Source: Aulosira sp. ZfuVER01
Lineage (GTDB): Bacteria; Cyanobacteriota; Cyanobacteriia; Cyanobacteriales; Nostocaceae
Assembly (NCBI GenBank): GCA_034530615.2
Contig: JAVRCV020000034.1
Location: 92,344 to 156,343, forward strand
Reading direction: 5' to 3'
DNA length: 64,000 nt
Below the pieces are notes generated by a model. The model ran no database searches. It was not told the DNA's origin and saw nothing but the letters and a program-made list of their open reading frames with translations. Positions 32,619 through 42,291 of this stretch are shown piece after piece (the stretch's first letter is position 1; each line of letters starts with the position of its first letter). A program made the position numbers and the translations under genes.

Positions 32619-33760
32619 GGACGACCACCCATCAAATTCATTGCCCAAACTTGATCAAGGCTGTAATCTGCCAACCACTTATCCAGATCAAGAGTGTCAG
32701 CCCAAGTCATCCTTGCTTCACCTTCTTCCAGGTCACAAATTAAAACCTCATTTGGTTCAAGAAATCGAATCAGCCGATCTGAATGCGTTGCTACTATAAG
32801 CTGCGTGTGTTTTGAAGCTTCTCTCATTAAATATACTAAATGTCTCAAAAGTTCGGGATGTAAGCTGACTTCTGGCTCATCTAGCAGAGTTATTGTTGTT
32901 AAGCTTTGGCTTTGCAGAAGAGTAACTAACCAAAGGAACCGCAGTGTCCCCTCTGATAGCTCATGCACATATATAGGCTGAGAGAAATTTCTATCTGTCC
33001 AAGTCATGGAAATAGTTCCTGCGGCAACTGGAGGAAAGTTTAACCGCTCAAAATCTGGAAATGCTGTAGAAATAACATCTTCAACCATTTCAAAGCGATC
33101 TCTATCAGTTTCCCGAAGATCATAGAGACAGGAAACTAAATCTTCACCGCTTGCACCAGGAAGCTTCGCAGGACGCATTGCTTGAGGTAAACGAATTGGA
33201 CTTTTCTCCGAAACATCAAGTGCCCCGTAATAAGTACAAGAAGCTAGGATTTTTCTCAAGTTTTCAGGCTTACGATACATTTTAGGAACTTGGGAAAGTG
33301 ATGTTTCTAGATAATTATGTTCCCAGTTTGGTCTTAAAAGTCCGCTACCTTCCTGAAAATACTTAATATCTAATCTATGCGATTCAATGTACTTAAAGGG
33401 CTCAGGTTTACTTGGATTTCTCTGCTGTGTTAGAGTTTCATTTCTGATTTCATAAGATAAGCCTTTAGGAGACAATGTTAAACCATATTTCAAAGGTTCT
33501 TCTTCTGGCACTTTCATTGAAACTGCGATTTCGAGTTCCTGCGCTTTGCCTCTAGTCAAAATTTCGTTTAATCCACCTTTAAACTGCAATGTCTCTTGTA
33601 GCTTGCCATTGGCTGAAGCGGCTAGTGTTGAAAGAACATCTAAGAAAGAGGTTTTTCCTGCCCCATTTGCACCAATCATAACAATCAGATTTCTCATCTC
33701 AATATCGACTTGCCGAAGACGGCGAAAACTCCTTACCGATATATTTTCAAATCTATCCAT
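32615..33760 (-). CDS. ABC-type (AAA_21-like) ATPase
   Basis: GANGAGKT Walker A, LSEGT signature, LLDEPEVSLHP Walker B/D-loop, ATHS. Confidence 0.9.
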   Translation of the reverse strand: MDRFENISVRSFRRLRQVDIEMRNLIVMIGANGAGKTSFLDVLSTLAASANGKLQETLQFKGGLNEILTRGKAQELEIAVSMKVPEEEPLKYGLTLSPKGLSYEIRNETLTQQRNPSKPEPFKYIESHRLDIKYFQEGSGLLRPNWEHNYLETSLSQVPKMYRKPENLRKILASCTYYGALDVSEKSPIRLPQAMRPAKLPGASGEDLVSCLYDLRETDRDRFEMVEDVISTAFPDFERLNFPPVAAGTISMTWTDRNFSQPIYVHELSEGTLRFLWLVTLLQSQSLTTITLLDEPEVSLHPELLRHLVYLMREASKHTQLIVATHSDRLIRFLEPNEVLICDLEEGEARMTWADTLDLDKWLADYSLDQVWAMNLMGGRP

Positions 33761-34042
33761 ACAGATAACCACTATCATTGACAATAGTTAAACTTGCTTG
33801 AGCATCAAGATTCAAGGCATCCCCAGTATATCTACGAAGAGCTTTATCAAACCATATAAATGGAGAAACCGCTATATTTAGTTCAAGTTTAGGAGGTATA
33901 AAAATCCCGTTGCAGTAGGCGGTATAAGGCTACTGGTGCTGATTTGAAGGAAATCTGCCGTAGCTGAACGATACCGTAAAAGCAATTAACTAAAAAATAA
34001 AAAAACTTTAGGGTTAAAGACTGCTTCTCGCGTGGAATCATC

Positions 34043-34251
34043 ATGCGAGAAACTAGAGTAGCGCGATCGCGTGGTCTGGATGTCACAACTGTTCCTGAAC
34101 AAACAACCTTGGGTAAAACCGACAACAAGAAGTCCGGGGGCGCATCCAAACCTATTCTCTCATTCAGTTAGAGGAACTTGGTGAGGCGTTGCTAGATTTT
34201 ACAGCTATTGAGGATTTGTTTAACTGGTTGGAAGTTAATCAACCAGAGTAG
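34043..34251 (+). pseudogene. Degraded Rpn/DUF2887-DUF4351 C-terminal remnant
   Basis: 34126-34251 reads QEVRGRIQTYSLIQLEELGEALLDFTAIEDLFNWLEVNQPE*; MRETRV at 34043 lies in another frame. Confidence 0.7.
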
Positions 34252-34270
34252 GAAGCTTGCTTGTCATCGT

Positions 34271-34717
34271 TTATAACCATTTTGTCAGTAGATAGCGATC
34301 GCTATCAATAAATCCTGCTTTTCGATACACAGCCTGAGCATTTATATTTCCACGTTCTACCTCTAGATGTAGAGCTTGAACACCTTGCTCTTGGCAAATC
34401 TTTTCAGCCAACTGTAAACCCTGCTTTCCGATCCCTTGTCTTCGATACTTCTCCTGAATATAGAATTCATCGACAAAAGCATCACGCCCACGATATTCTA
34501 AGCTGAAACCAAATGTCACAACTAGATAGCCAACGATTTCCTTGTCTAGATAGATCAGGTGGATTTGACCATAGTAATCATTATTCAAAATGCTTTTTAA
34601 AGCTGAACGTGCAGCCTGTTCATCAAAAGACAACTGCTCGTGTGCATAGAATTCACTCATCAACTTGAGAAGTATTTCTATGTTGAAAACAGATGCAAGT
34701 TTGAAGACTGGTTCCAT
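34271..34717 (-). CDS. GNAT family N-acetyltransferase
   Basis: FYIQEKYRRQGIG, LHLEVERGNINAQAVYRKAGF. Confidence 0.9.
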   Translation of the reverse strand: MEPVFKLASVFNIEILLKLMSEFYAHEQLSFDEQAARSALKSILNNDYYGQIHLIYLDKEIVGYLVVTFGFSLEYRGRDAFVDEFYIQEKYRRQGIGKQGLQLAEKICQEQGVQALHLEVERGNINAQAVYRKAGFIDSDRYLLTKWL

Positions 34718-34912
34718 AGTTTCAAATCACATAGTCAAATATAGTCAGACATTTGTGGAATTGGATTGAAGCAACTCCCCTTTGAGCATAAACAAGCTGG
34801 AATAGTGAAGTTATATTATTCACGCACATTCTTTTTTAAAATTTGTATTAACTGGGATATTATTTTTCTTCTCTAAGCAGATTTCTGTGCAGTTAGTCAC
34901 AAAAACCAAGGG

Positions 34913-35587
34913 CTATTCCCGCAGTGCATAACCAACACCGCGCACTGTATGAACTAAGCGTTTCTCGTTATTTTCTTCTAACTTCAAACGCAAGTAGCGG
35001 ATGTAGACTTCGATAATATTAGAATCACCCATGAAGTCGTAACCCCAAACTTTTTCTAAAATTTGGTCTCTAGTAAATACTTGGCGAGGATGACTTAGCA
35101 GGTACTCTAACAAGTCAAACTCTTTTGCAGTTAACTCAATTGCGCGGTTACCGCGAAATACTTGACGAGTGCGACGATTTAAACTCAAGTCTTCAAACTG
35201 TAAAACATCTTCGTCTGTTTCTTGAGTGCGGCGGAGATGGGCGCGAATTCTGGCTAAAAGTTCCTCAATACTGAAGGGTTTGACTACATAATCGTCAGCA
35301 CCAGCATCTAAACCAGCGACGCGATCGCTTACTTCATCTTTTGCTGTCAATAATATCACTGGGATTGAGTTACCAGTTGCACGCAGACGGCGGCAAATTT
35401 CTAAACCCGAAAGTCCTGGTAACATCCAATCAAGGACTGCTAAATCTGGTGATGAGTCTCGTGCTAAAGTCAAGCCCTCAATGCCATCATGGGCTACACT
35501 CACCTGATAGCCTTCGCTACTCAATTCTAATTGGACAAATCGAGCTAGTTTAACTTCATCTTCAACTAAAAGGATGTGTGCTGCCAT
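34913..35587 (-). CDS. OmpR/PhoB-family response regulator
   Basis: LLVEDE, LDWMLP, GADDYVVKPF, LTAKEFDLL, VEVYIRYLR-like helix, TVRGVGY. Confidence 0.95.
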   Translation of the reverse strand: MAAHILLVEDEVKLARFVQLELSSEGYQVSVAHDGIEGLTLARDSSPDLAVLDWMLPGLSGLEICRRLRATGNSIPVILLTAKDEVSDRVAGLDAGADDYVVKPFSIEELLARIRAHLRRTQETDEDVLQFEDLSLNRRTRQVFRGNRAIELTAKEFDLLEYLLSHPRQVFTRDQILEKVWGYDFMGDSNIIEVYIRYLRLKLEENNEKRLVHTVRGVGYALRE

Positions 35588-36680
35588 ATTTTTCTCCTAA
35601 AGCAGGTAATCTTAAAATAAAATTGCTGCCTGCACCTGACTCTGAATGCACTGCAACCCTACCACCTATACTTTCTACTAGGTCTTTGACGATGGATAGA
35701 CCTAAGCCTGCTCCCCCAGTCAAACGGGTGCGTGACGGATCGACTCGGTACAAGGGTTCAAAAATTAGAGATTGCTGATCTAGAGGAATTCCGCAACCGC
35801 GATCGCTAATTTGAATCACCGCCCAATTATCAGCTTGAGCCAGACGCAAGGTAACTAACTCACCTACATTTGAGTATCTCACTGCATTACCAATTAAATG
35901 GCTTAGTACTTGCATGAGTTGGTTCCGATCTGCTTTGACTCTCACAGGAAACGGGGTAACTTCCAAATGAATCGCCCGATGCTCAAATTTTTCTGTAATC
36001 TTTACTATATCTGCAACTAAATCATTCAATACTAAAAATTCTGGTTGCCACAGCATCATACTACTACGTGCTCTTGCCAAATCTATTAAATTTTGCAAAA
36101 TTTGAGTCATGCGTTGTGCTTCTGAGACAGCCATCTCTAAAGCTTCTTGCTGGGAGTTTGTTAAGTTATGGCTGCGTTGTAGAGTTCTTTGCAGATATCC
36201 ATAAACCAAGCTCAGAGGTGTACGTAATTCGTGAGCTAAGTTCTTAGTCAACTGTTGCTGTTGTTCTTTCACTTGTTGCAGCCTTAGCAATAGATCCTGC
36301 CAGTTCAGTGCTAGGGCTTTCAGTTCGCTTGGTGTCTGATTGAAATTTAGTTGGTGAGGTTTCAGTTCAGCCGTGTAAGTAGCTATCTGTCGCAATGGCA
36401 AAAGCGATTGTTTGATGAACGCAGTGGCGAAAATTATAGTAGTTGCGATCGCCAAAATACTCATACTCGCCAGATTATGCCTAAATGCTAAAAGTTTGGT
36501 GTATTCATCACTGGTGATGAGAAATTGTTGAATTTCCCAATTTATCCAAATACTAAAACTACTCAATATGACTGTAAAGATAATTATCGTGCCTACAGTG
36601 AGGCGAAATTGCAATGAAGAGCAATCAATTCTGGCTTGCAGAAATTTGTTGAATTTTTCATAAAAATGGAGAAGATTCAT
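35562..36680 (-). CDS. Sensor histidine kinase (2 TM, very short loop, HisKA + HATPase)
   Basis: AHELRTPL, NAVRYS, DRGCGI, GAGLGL. Confidence 0.92.
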   Translation of the reverse strand: MNLLHFYEKFNKFLQARIDCSSLQFRLTVGTIIIFTVILSSFSIWINWEIQQFLITSDEYTKLLAFRHNLASMSILAIATTIIFATAFIKQSLLPLRQIATYTAELKPHQLNFNQTPSELKALALNWQDLLLRLQQVKEQQQQLTKNLAHELRTPLSLVYGYLQRTLQRSHNLTNSQQEALEMAVSEAQRMTQILQNLIDLARARSSMMLWQPEFLVLNDLVADIVKITEKFEHRAIHLEVTPFPVRVKADRNQLMQVLSHLIGNAVRYSNVGELVTLRLAQADNWAVIQISDRGCGIPLDQQSLIFEPLYRVDPSRTRLTGGAGLGLSIVKDLVESIGGRVAVHSESGAGSNFILRLPALGEKYGSTHPFS

Positions 36681-36711
36681 TACACTTATTCACCTCCTGG
36701 TATTTTATTAA

Positions 36712-36999
36712 TTAGCAATACGCTGTTACATCTTCACCACATATATCTGCTAAATAAGACAAAGACCTGAAGCGCAAAGCCATAAGTTGCTCGTAAAGAG
36801 GATTGAGCTTGCACAATGGTGGAATATGCAATACTGTCTTACCAAAAATTTTAATATCTCGCGCAAACGGACAGTAAGCTGGGATAAGTTTGCACAATAA
36901 ACGAGCCAGTTTTTGGTTGTTAATTTCTATCTCTTCCAGGCGCTGACGCACTGGGTTAAATAAAGCGTTAAGTAATTCGACATAATTTAAGCATTTCAT
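36712..36999 (-). CDS. Mo-dependent nitrogenase C-terminal-domain (Mo-nitro_C-like) protein
   Basis: LCKLIPAYCPFARD...HIPPLCKLNPLYEQL..LRFRSLSYLADICGEDV. Confidence 0.85.
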   Translation of the reverse strand: MKCLNYVELLNALFNPVRQRLEEIEINNQKLARLLCKLIPAYCPFARDIKIFGKTVLHIPPLCKLNPLYEQLMALRFRSLSYLADICGEDVTAYC

Positions 37000-37233
37000 G
37001 ATTGATTGTTCCTTCTGAGCTAGCAGGTGCAAAAGTTAAATATTTGATTTATTCAATAAAAACTCAAAGGCTTATTTCTCTATATTTTCAATGTAATCGA
37101 AATATTATCCAGAAAAATGAGTTTTTCCTGAATAGAGTTATAGCTTTTGATTAAAAAACCGTATTCCTTGAGCAACAAGGGTTTTTAGCGATTGTTTCTA
37201 AGACAGTTCTAGCTGAGAAAATTAATATTCAAA

Positions 37234-37272
37234 TCTCAGAATAATTTCATTTATCAATCAGCTTTATCTCAT
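37234..37272 (+). promoter_or_regulatory. Four NNTCA(G/T) half-sites at 11-bp spacing, candidate OmpR-type operator
   Basis: TCTCAG 37234, TTTCAT 37245, AATCAG 37256, TCTCAT 37267. Confidence 0.45.
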
Positions 37273-37355
37273 CGTCATGAATCAATCTATTAGTTACAGG
37301 CGCTTGAGCGACATCAAGCTTTTGCTTCACCCAGAAACGCAATCAGGTTGATATC

Positions 37356-37853
37356 ATGAAAAGATTAATTTGTGGTAGTTTATCTGCTTTAATACTCACT
37401 ACATCTGCTGCGGCTATAGCTGCACCTGCCAAATACGAAAAACTAGATACGCAGAAACAATCTCAAATAGCATCTAAAATTAACGTTCCCCATATCACTG
37501 GCTCTGGCATCCGCAACGATACTCACTTTATTAGAGTGGCAGTAGCTGGGATGTCTGTGCAAGATTTAATGATTACTCTGCCATATCAGATGGAACGCTT
37601 TGAGAAAGTTCAGATTCAAGACCAATCGGGTAGAGAAATTCCAGCAAAGACAGGGATTACCCAAGAACGTTTGACAGTTACCTTTGAGCAACCAGTAGCA
37701 CCTGGCGGTTCTGTGGAAGTGCAGTTTACAGGTATCAAAAGAAGGATTCCCTCTGGGAAAATACTACTTTATGGAGTGACTGCTCAGAGAGTGGGATTGC
37801 AAGGAGATATTCCTGTAGGCACAGCTAGAATTGATGTTCCCGATCAAAGTTAA
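37356..37853 (+). CDS. Secreted DUF2808-like protein
   Basis: Signal peptide; FEQPVAPGGSVEV, LYGVTA, IPVGTARI. Confidence 0.65.
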   Translation: MKRLICGSLSALILTTSAAAIAAPAKYEKLDTQKQSQIASKINVPHITGSGIRNDTHFIRVAVAGMSVQDLMITLPYQMERFEKVQIQDQSGREIPAKTGITQERLTVTFEQPVAPGGSVEVQFTGIKRRIPSGKILLYGVTAQRVGLQGDIPVGTARIDVPDQS

Positions 37854-37936
37854 GGTGTTATTGGGCATTGGGCATAGTTCACAATTCTCTTTCTCTCCCT
37901 CATTCCCTCATGCCGCTGATTTTGAAAGTACCAAGT

Positions 37937-38005
37937 AAAAAACGCCCGGGAGTGTTGCCGTGTTTCCACCCCAGGCGTTTTTTATCTTTAACTTGCTCCT
38001 CACAC
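37937..38005 (-). ncRNA. yfr2: Yfr2-family cyanobacterial sRNA
   Basis: Minus strand reads GTGTGAGGAG...AAAAAACGCCTGGGGTGGAAACACGGCAACACTCCCGGGCGTTTTTT: 5' GUGAGGAG motif, GGAAACA-x-GGnAACA loop in the terminal hairpin, TATAGT -10-like box upstream. Confidence 0.85.
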
Positions 38006-38089
38006 ACAACTATAAAATATCAGTTCTTTCAAGCGGACACAAGTATATAGAGTGACAGTTTATGAACTGTACTAGACACGGGCACAAAA

Positions 38090-39634
38090 TTAGTGTAAAA
38101 AATGTCTTACACCTGTTAACACCATGACTAAACCTAATTCATTGGCAGCTTTGATAGAATCTTGATCCCGCAAGCTTCCTCCTGGTTGAACGATGGCAGT
38201 AATTCCCGCATCTGCTGCTGTTCTAACTGAGTCATCAAAGGGGAAGAAGCCATCGCTGGCGAGAAATGCACCTTTAGCTTTGTCTCCAGCTTGTTCGAGG
38301 GCGATTTTAACTGAGCCAACGCGGTTCATTTGCCCAGCACCTACTCCCAAAGTAGCGTGATCGCGGCTGACAACAATGGCATTCGATTTGACGTGCTTGC
38401 AAACTTTCCAAGCAAATAGCAATTCGGCTAATTCGCTTTCGGTGGGTTGACGTTCGGTGACAATTTTCCATTGGCTGGTGTCAGCAATTACATCATCAGC
38501 TGCTTGCACGAGAAAACCACCTGCGATCGCTTTCACGGTTTCTTTAGGGCCACTGCTCAAATCTGGTAGAATCAAAACCCGGACTTTGGATTTAGCTGCG
38601 AGAATTGCTTGCGCATCTCCTTCACAGCCTGGGGCTACCACACATTCCAAAAAGGTTTTGGTTAACTCACTGGCTGTAGCCTCATCAATTGGACGGTTAA
38701 GAGCAACAATTCCCCCAAAAGCAGAAACAGCATCAGCATTAAAAGCCTTTTCGTAAGCTTCTTTCAGGTTATCTCCCAAAGCTACACCGCAGGGATTAGT
38801 ATGTTTGAGAATTGCAGCTGCGGGAGTATCTGTAAATTCAGTAATGATGCGGCGTGCTGCTTCTAAATCAACTAAGTTGTTGTAACTCAGTTCTTTACCT
38901 TGTAATTTAGTTGCAGCCGCCCAGCCAGTTGGGGTATTTCCAGTTTCATACCAAGCAGCGCTTTGGTGGGGATTTTCGCCATAACGCAGAGATTGTAGTT
39001 GTTGTCCAGAAAGGCTGTATTGCTGGGGTAACGAAGATTCACTCGGCTGTGCGGCGGCGAGGTAAGATGCGATCGCTTGGTCGTAGCTAGCAGTATGTAA
39101 AAAGCCTTTTAAGGCAGCCTTTTGACGAAATTCTAGGGAAGCTGCACCATTATTTTGACGTAATTCCTGTAAATATTCATCATATTGGGCGGGATCGCAT
39201 AACACTGTCAGATGAGCAAAGTTCTTAGATGCAGCCCTTAACATTGCTGGCCCACCGATATCAATTTGCTCAATCGCTTCTGGTAATGTTACGCCTGGTT
39301 TAGCAATAGTTTCCTCAAAAGGATAAAGATTAACTACCACCAAATCAATTGGACGAATTTGATTATTTTCTAAATCAGCAATATCTTGAGGAAAATCCTT
39401 TCGTGCCAAAATCCCGCCATGAATCCGGGGATGTAAGGTTTTGACTCGACCGCCTAAAATTTCCGGTGAACTTGTATAATCAGAGACTTTTGTAACTGGT
39501 ATTCCCGCATTTTTGAGGGCTGTGGCTGTTCCCCCACTGCTAATTAAATCAAAGTTAAATTCTTCAACTAAGCTACGGGCAAGATCAATTAAACCTGTTT
39601 TGTTGGATACACTGAGCAGAGCCAGACGCGCCAT
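38090..39634 (-). CDS. purH: Bifunctional AICAR transformylase/IMP cyclohydrolase
   Basis: ALLSVSNK, GGRVKTLHP, IDIGGP, LRYGENPHQ, KHVKSNAI, SDGFFPF, RHFLH. Confidence 0.97.
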   Translation of the reverse strand: MARLALLSVSNKTGLIDLARSLVEEFNFDLISSGGTATALKNAGIPVTKVSDYTSSPEILGGRVKTLHPRIHGGILARKDFPQDIADLENNQIRPIDLVVVNLYPFEETIAKPGVTLPEAIEQIDIGGPAMLRAASKNFAHLTVLCDPAQYDEYLQELRQNNGAASLEFRQKAALKGFLHTASYDQAIASYLAAAQPSESSLPQQYSLSGQQLQSLRYGENPHQSAAWYETGNTPTGWAAATKLQGKELSYNNLVDLEAARRIITEFTDTPAAAILKHTNPCGVALGDNLKEAYEKAFNADAVSAFGGIVALNRPIDEATASELTKTFLECVVAPGCEGDAQAILAAKSKVRVLILPDLSSGPKETVKAIAGGFLVQAADDVIADTSQWKIVTERQPTESELAELLFAWKVCKHVKSNAIVVSRDHATLGVGAGQMNRVGSVKIALEQAGDKAKGAFLASDGFFPFDDSVRTAADAGITAIVQPGGSLRDQDSIKAANELGLVMVLTGVRHFLH

Positions 39635-39685
39635 AATTCCCAAGTTTCCTTTGGTATAAACAATGAAGGCAGAAGATTATTTTAC

Positions 39686-39871
39686 CTGCCCTTCGGGCAA
39701 GGCAGATGGTGAGCCACTGCGGTGGACGGGTTTCCCGGCATAAAGGAGGCAGTGCGTTGGGCGGCTTTGCCGACTTGTAGACGCCGGAGGCGGCTTCCCG
39801 CAGGGTAGCAACTGCCGTCAAGTGGTGTTAGCGCAGCGTTAGCAAGCTTGTGAGCGTCACCCGAAGGGCAG
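39686..39871. mobile_element. Nested array of very small repeated elements
   Basis: Outer IR CTGCCCTTCGGG/CCCGAAGGGCAG; a 45-nt element interrupted by a sister 45-nt element, itself interrupted by a 28-nt element. Confidence 0.75.
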
Positions 39872-40007
39872 ATAGGCAGAGGTCAGAAGGGAAGAAAAAG
39901 TTTTACAGAAATCCTCTATTTCCGTTGAATACTTTGGATGAGGATTGTCCTATGTTGGTAGTCAGTTGTACTTTAATACTGTTTCCTGACTAATTACTAC
40001 TAAACTA

Positions 40008-40634
40008 ATGACTCAAACTTTAGAATTTATTTCCGTTCCCCCAGAAACAGAGCAAGCACCATCAGGCTTAATAGTTACTTTACACGGTTGGGGTGCCAGT
40101 GCCGATGATGTGGCAGCTTTATTGCCGTTTTTTGATTTGCCAGATTACCAGTTTGTCTTTCCTAATGGGCCTTATCCTTATCCCTATGCTCCCGTAGGTA
40201 GGGCATGGTATGACCTGAGATCGGAAAATATGTATCAGGGATTAACAGAAAGTCGGCAAATACTCACAGATTGGTTGCTATCGTTAGAAAGTGTGACTGG
40301 TGTACCTTTATCGCGGACAGTTTTGAGTGGATTTTCTCAAGGGGCGGCAATGACTTTGGATGTGGGATTAAACTTGCCTTTAGCGGGTTTAGTTGCCATG
40401 AGTGGTTATTTACATCCTGAAGTGGGGAAGGTTACTAAAAATAATTTTCCACCAACATTAATTACTCATGGTAGACAAGATGAAGTTGTACCATTATCAG
40501 CTGCTGTAAAAGCAAGAGAAACTCTTAAATCTGTGGGAGTTGCGGTGCAATACGAAGAATTTGATATGGGTCATGAAGTCGGTTTACAAATGTTAGACCT
40601 GCTACGGAATTTTGTTGTAAATGCAATTGAGTAG
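40008..40634 (+). CDS. Phospholipase/carboxylesterase
   Basis: LHGWG, GRAWYD, GFSQG, HGRQDEVV, MGHE. Confidence 0.9.
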   Translation: MTQTLEFISVPPETEQAPSGLIVTLHGWGASADDVAALLPFFDLPDYQFVFPNGPYPYPYAPVGRAWYDLRSENMYQGLTESRQILTDWLLSLESVTGVPLSRTVLSGFSQGAAMTLDVGLNLPLAGLVAMSGYLHPEVGKVTKNNFPPTLITHGRQDEVVPLSAAVKARETLKSVGVAVQYEEFDMGHEVGLQMLDLLRNFVVNAIE

Positions 40635-40788
40635 CATTAGTTGCAATTTTTTTACAAATTATCGTAGAATTCCGGAAAATTTTTACAAAATTCACGCCAT
40701 CTAATGAGTAAGATATATTGGGTGGCCGTGAAAAGCACAACCCGACCCATGCTGGGTGCGAATGCTGCAATAGGGAGGGGCAAGCATT

Positions 40789-41001
40789 ATGAAAACTCTA
40801 GGCATTTCTAGGAAAGAAATTGCTGCCATGACTGTGGCAGAAGTTGAGGATTTAGCTACACGTCTAGAGATGGATAATTATAGCAATGCTTTTGAGGGTT
40901 TGAATGATTGGCATATACTGCGAGCGATCGCATTTCAGCGTCCGGAATTAGTTGAACCCTATATCCACCTCTTAGATTTAGAACCCTACGATGAAGCTTA
41001 G
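40789..41001 (+). CDS. DUF2555 family small protein (IsiD-like)
   Basis: LATRLEMDNYSNAFEGLNDWHILRAIAFQRPELVEPYIHLLD; located just upstream of coaBC. Confidence 0.8.
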   Translation: MKTLGISRKEIAAMTVAEVEDLATRLEMDNYSNAFEGLNDWHILRAIAFQRPELVEPYIHLLDLEPYDEA

Positions 41002-41076
41002 ATAAAGGATAAAGTATAAAGTGTGAAGGATGAATGATGAAAGTACTTTAATCTTATTTTCTCATCCCGATCGCCA

Positions 41077-42291
41077 ATGCTTAATCCAAAATTATCTAGG
41101 GTTTTAATCGGTGTAGGCGGCGGTATCGCCGCCTATAAAGTCTGTGAGGTAGTTTCGACGCTGTTTAAAAGCGGGGTGGAAGTGCGCGTCATTCTCACCA
41201 ATTCAGCGCAAGCATTTATCACACCCCTAACTTTAGCCACCCTTTCCCGTCATCCCGCCTATACGGATGATATGTTTTGGCAACCAATTCACTCTCGGCC
41301 ATTGCACATTGAATTGGGTGAATGGGCAGATTTAATGGTAATTGCACCTTTAACTGCTAATACATTAGCCAAGTTAACTTATGGGATGGCAGATAATTTA
41401 TTGACAAATACTGTGTTGGCTTCTACTTGTCCTGTGCTGTTAGCACCAGCAATGAATACAGATATGTGGGAACAGCTTTCAGTACAGCGCAATTGGCAGC
41501 AATTATTAGTAGATAGCCGGTATCATGGCATGGGTACGGCATCGGGATTATTAGCTTGCGATCGCGTGGGTGCTGGTAGGATGGCAGAACCGCCAGAGAT
41601 TTTGACTTATATTCAATCTCTATTGCACACAGGCGGTAAACGAGATTTAGCCGGGAAAAGGGTATTAATTAGTGCTGGGGGAACGCGAGAGTATCTTGAC
41701 CCCGTGCGGTTTATTGGCAATCCTTCAACTGGGAAAATGGGACTAGCTTTAGCACAAGCCGCACTCCACCGAGGTGCAAACGTCACTTTAGTACATGGGC
41801 CAGCCACTTGGGCTGTGCCTTTAGGAGTGCAAGCAATTCCCGTGATTAATGCTGACCAAATGCAGCAGGTGATGCGAGAGTATTTAGCGAGTGCAGATGT
41901 GATAGTCATGTCCGCAGCCGTGGCGGATGTTAAGCCCAGAGATTATAGTACAGAGAAATTACCCAAGCGATCGCTTCCTCAATCTTTACCCCTAGAATCT
42001 GTACCAGATATTGTGAGTGAATTAGCAAAGCTGAAGCAGCCTCATCAACTTTTAATTGGATTTGCTGCTCAAACTGGCGATATTGTCGCGCCTGCTTTAG
42101 AGAAATTAAAAACTAAACAGTTAGATATGATTGTTGCTAATCCTATCGATAAAATGGATAGTGGTTTTGGTAGCGCTAATAATCAAGCGATATTCTTAAA
42201 CAAACAAGGAAAACAGCAAGAAATCGCTCCTTGTTCTAAATTGCAAATGGCACATCATTTATATGATTTTGCGATCGCTGAACAAGCTTAA
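41077..42291 (+). CDS. coaBC: Phosphopantothenoylcysteine decarboxylase/synthetase
   Basis: [47 protein letters not shown]. Confidence 0.96.
   Translation: MLNPKLSRVLIGVGGGIAAYKVCEVVSTLFKSGVEVRVILTNSAQAFITPLTLATLSRHPAYTDDMFWQPIHSRPLHIELGEWADLMVIAPLTANTLAKLTYGMADNLLTNTVLASTCPVLLAPAMNTDMWEQLSVQRNWQQLLVDSRYHGMGTASGLLACDRVGAGRMAEPPEILTYIQSLLHTGGKRDLAGKRVLISAGGTREYLDPVRFIGNPSTGKMGLALAQAALHRGANVTLVHGPATWAVPLGVQAIPVINADQMQQVMREYLASADVIVMSAAVADVKPRDYSTEKLPKRSLPQSLPLESVPDIVSELAKLKQPHQLLIGFAAQTGDIVAPALEKLKTKQLDMIVANPIDKMDSGFGSANNQAIFLNKQGKQQEIAPCSKLQMAHHLYDFAIAEQA

Noticed and set aside
33889..34149. 86-aa minus-strand ORF
   Set aside because: No motifs; the opposite strand carries the DUF4351 remnant.
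36712..36999. Nitrogen-fixation gene cluster
   Set aside because: The domain name is historical, and no nif genes are present in the window.
37868..38050. 60-aa ORF
   Set aside because: It is antisense to the Yfr2 sRNA and built partly from short repeats.
39585..39821. 78-aa ORF upstream of purH
   Set aside because: It is a translation of the nested repeat elements.
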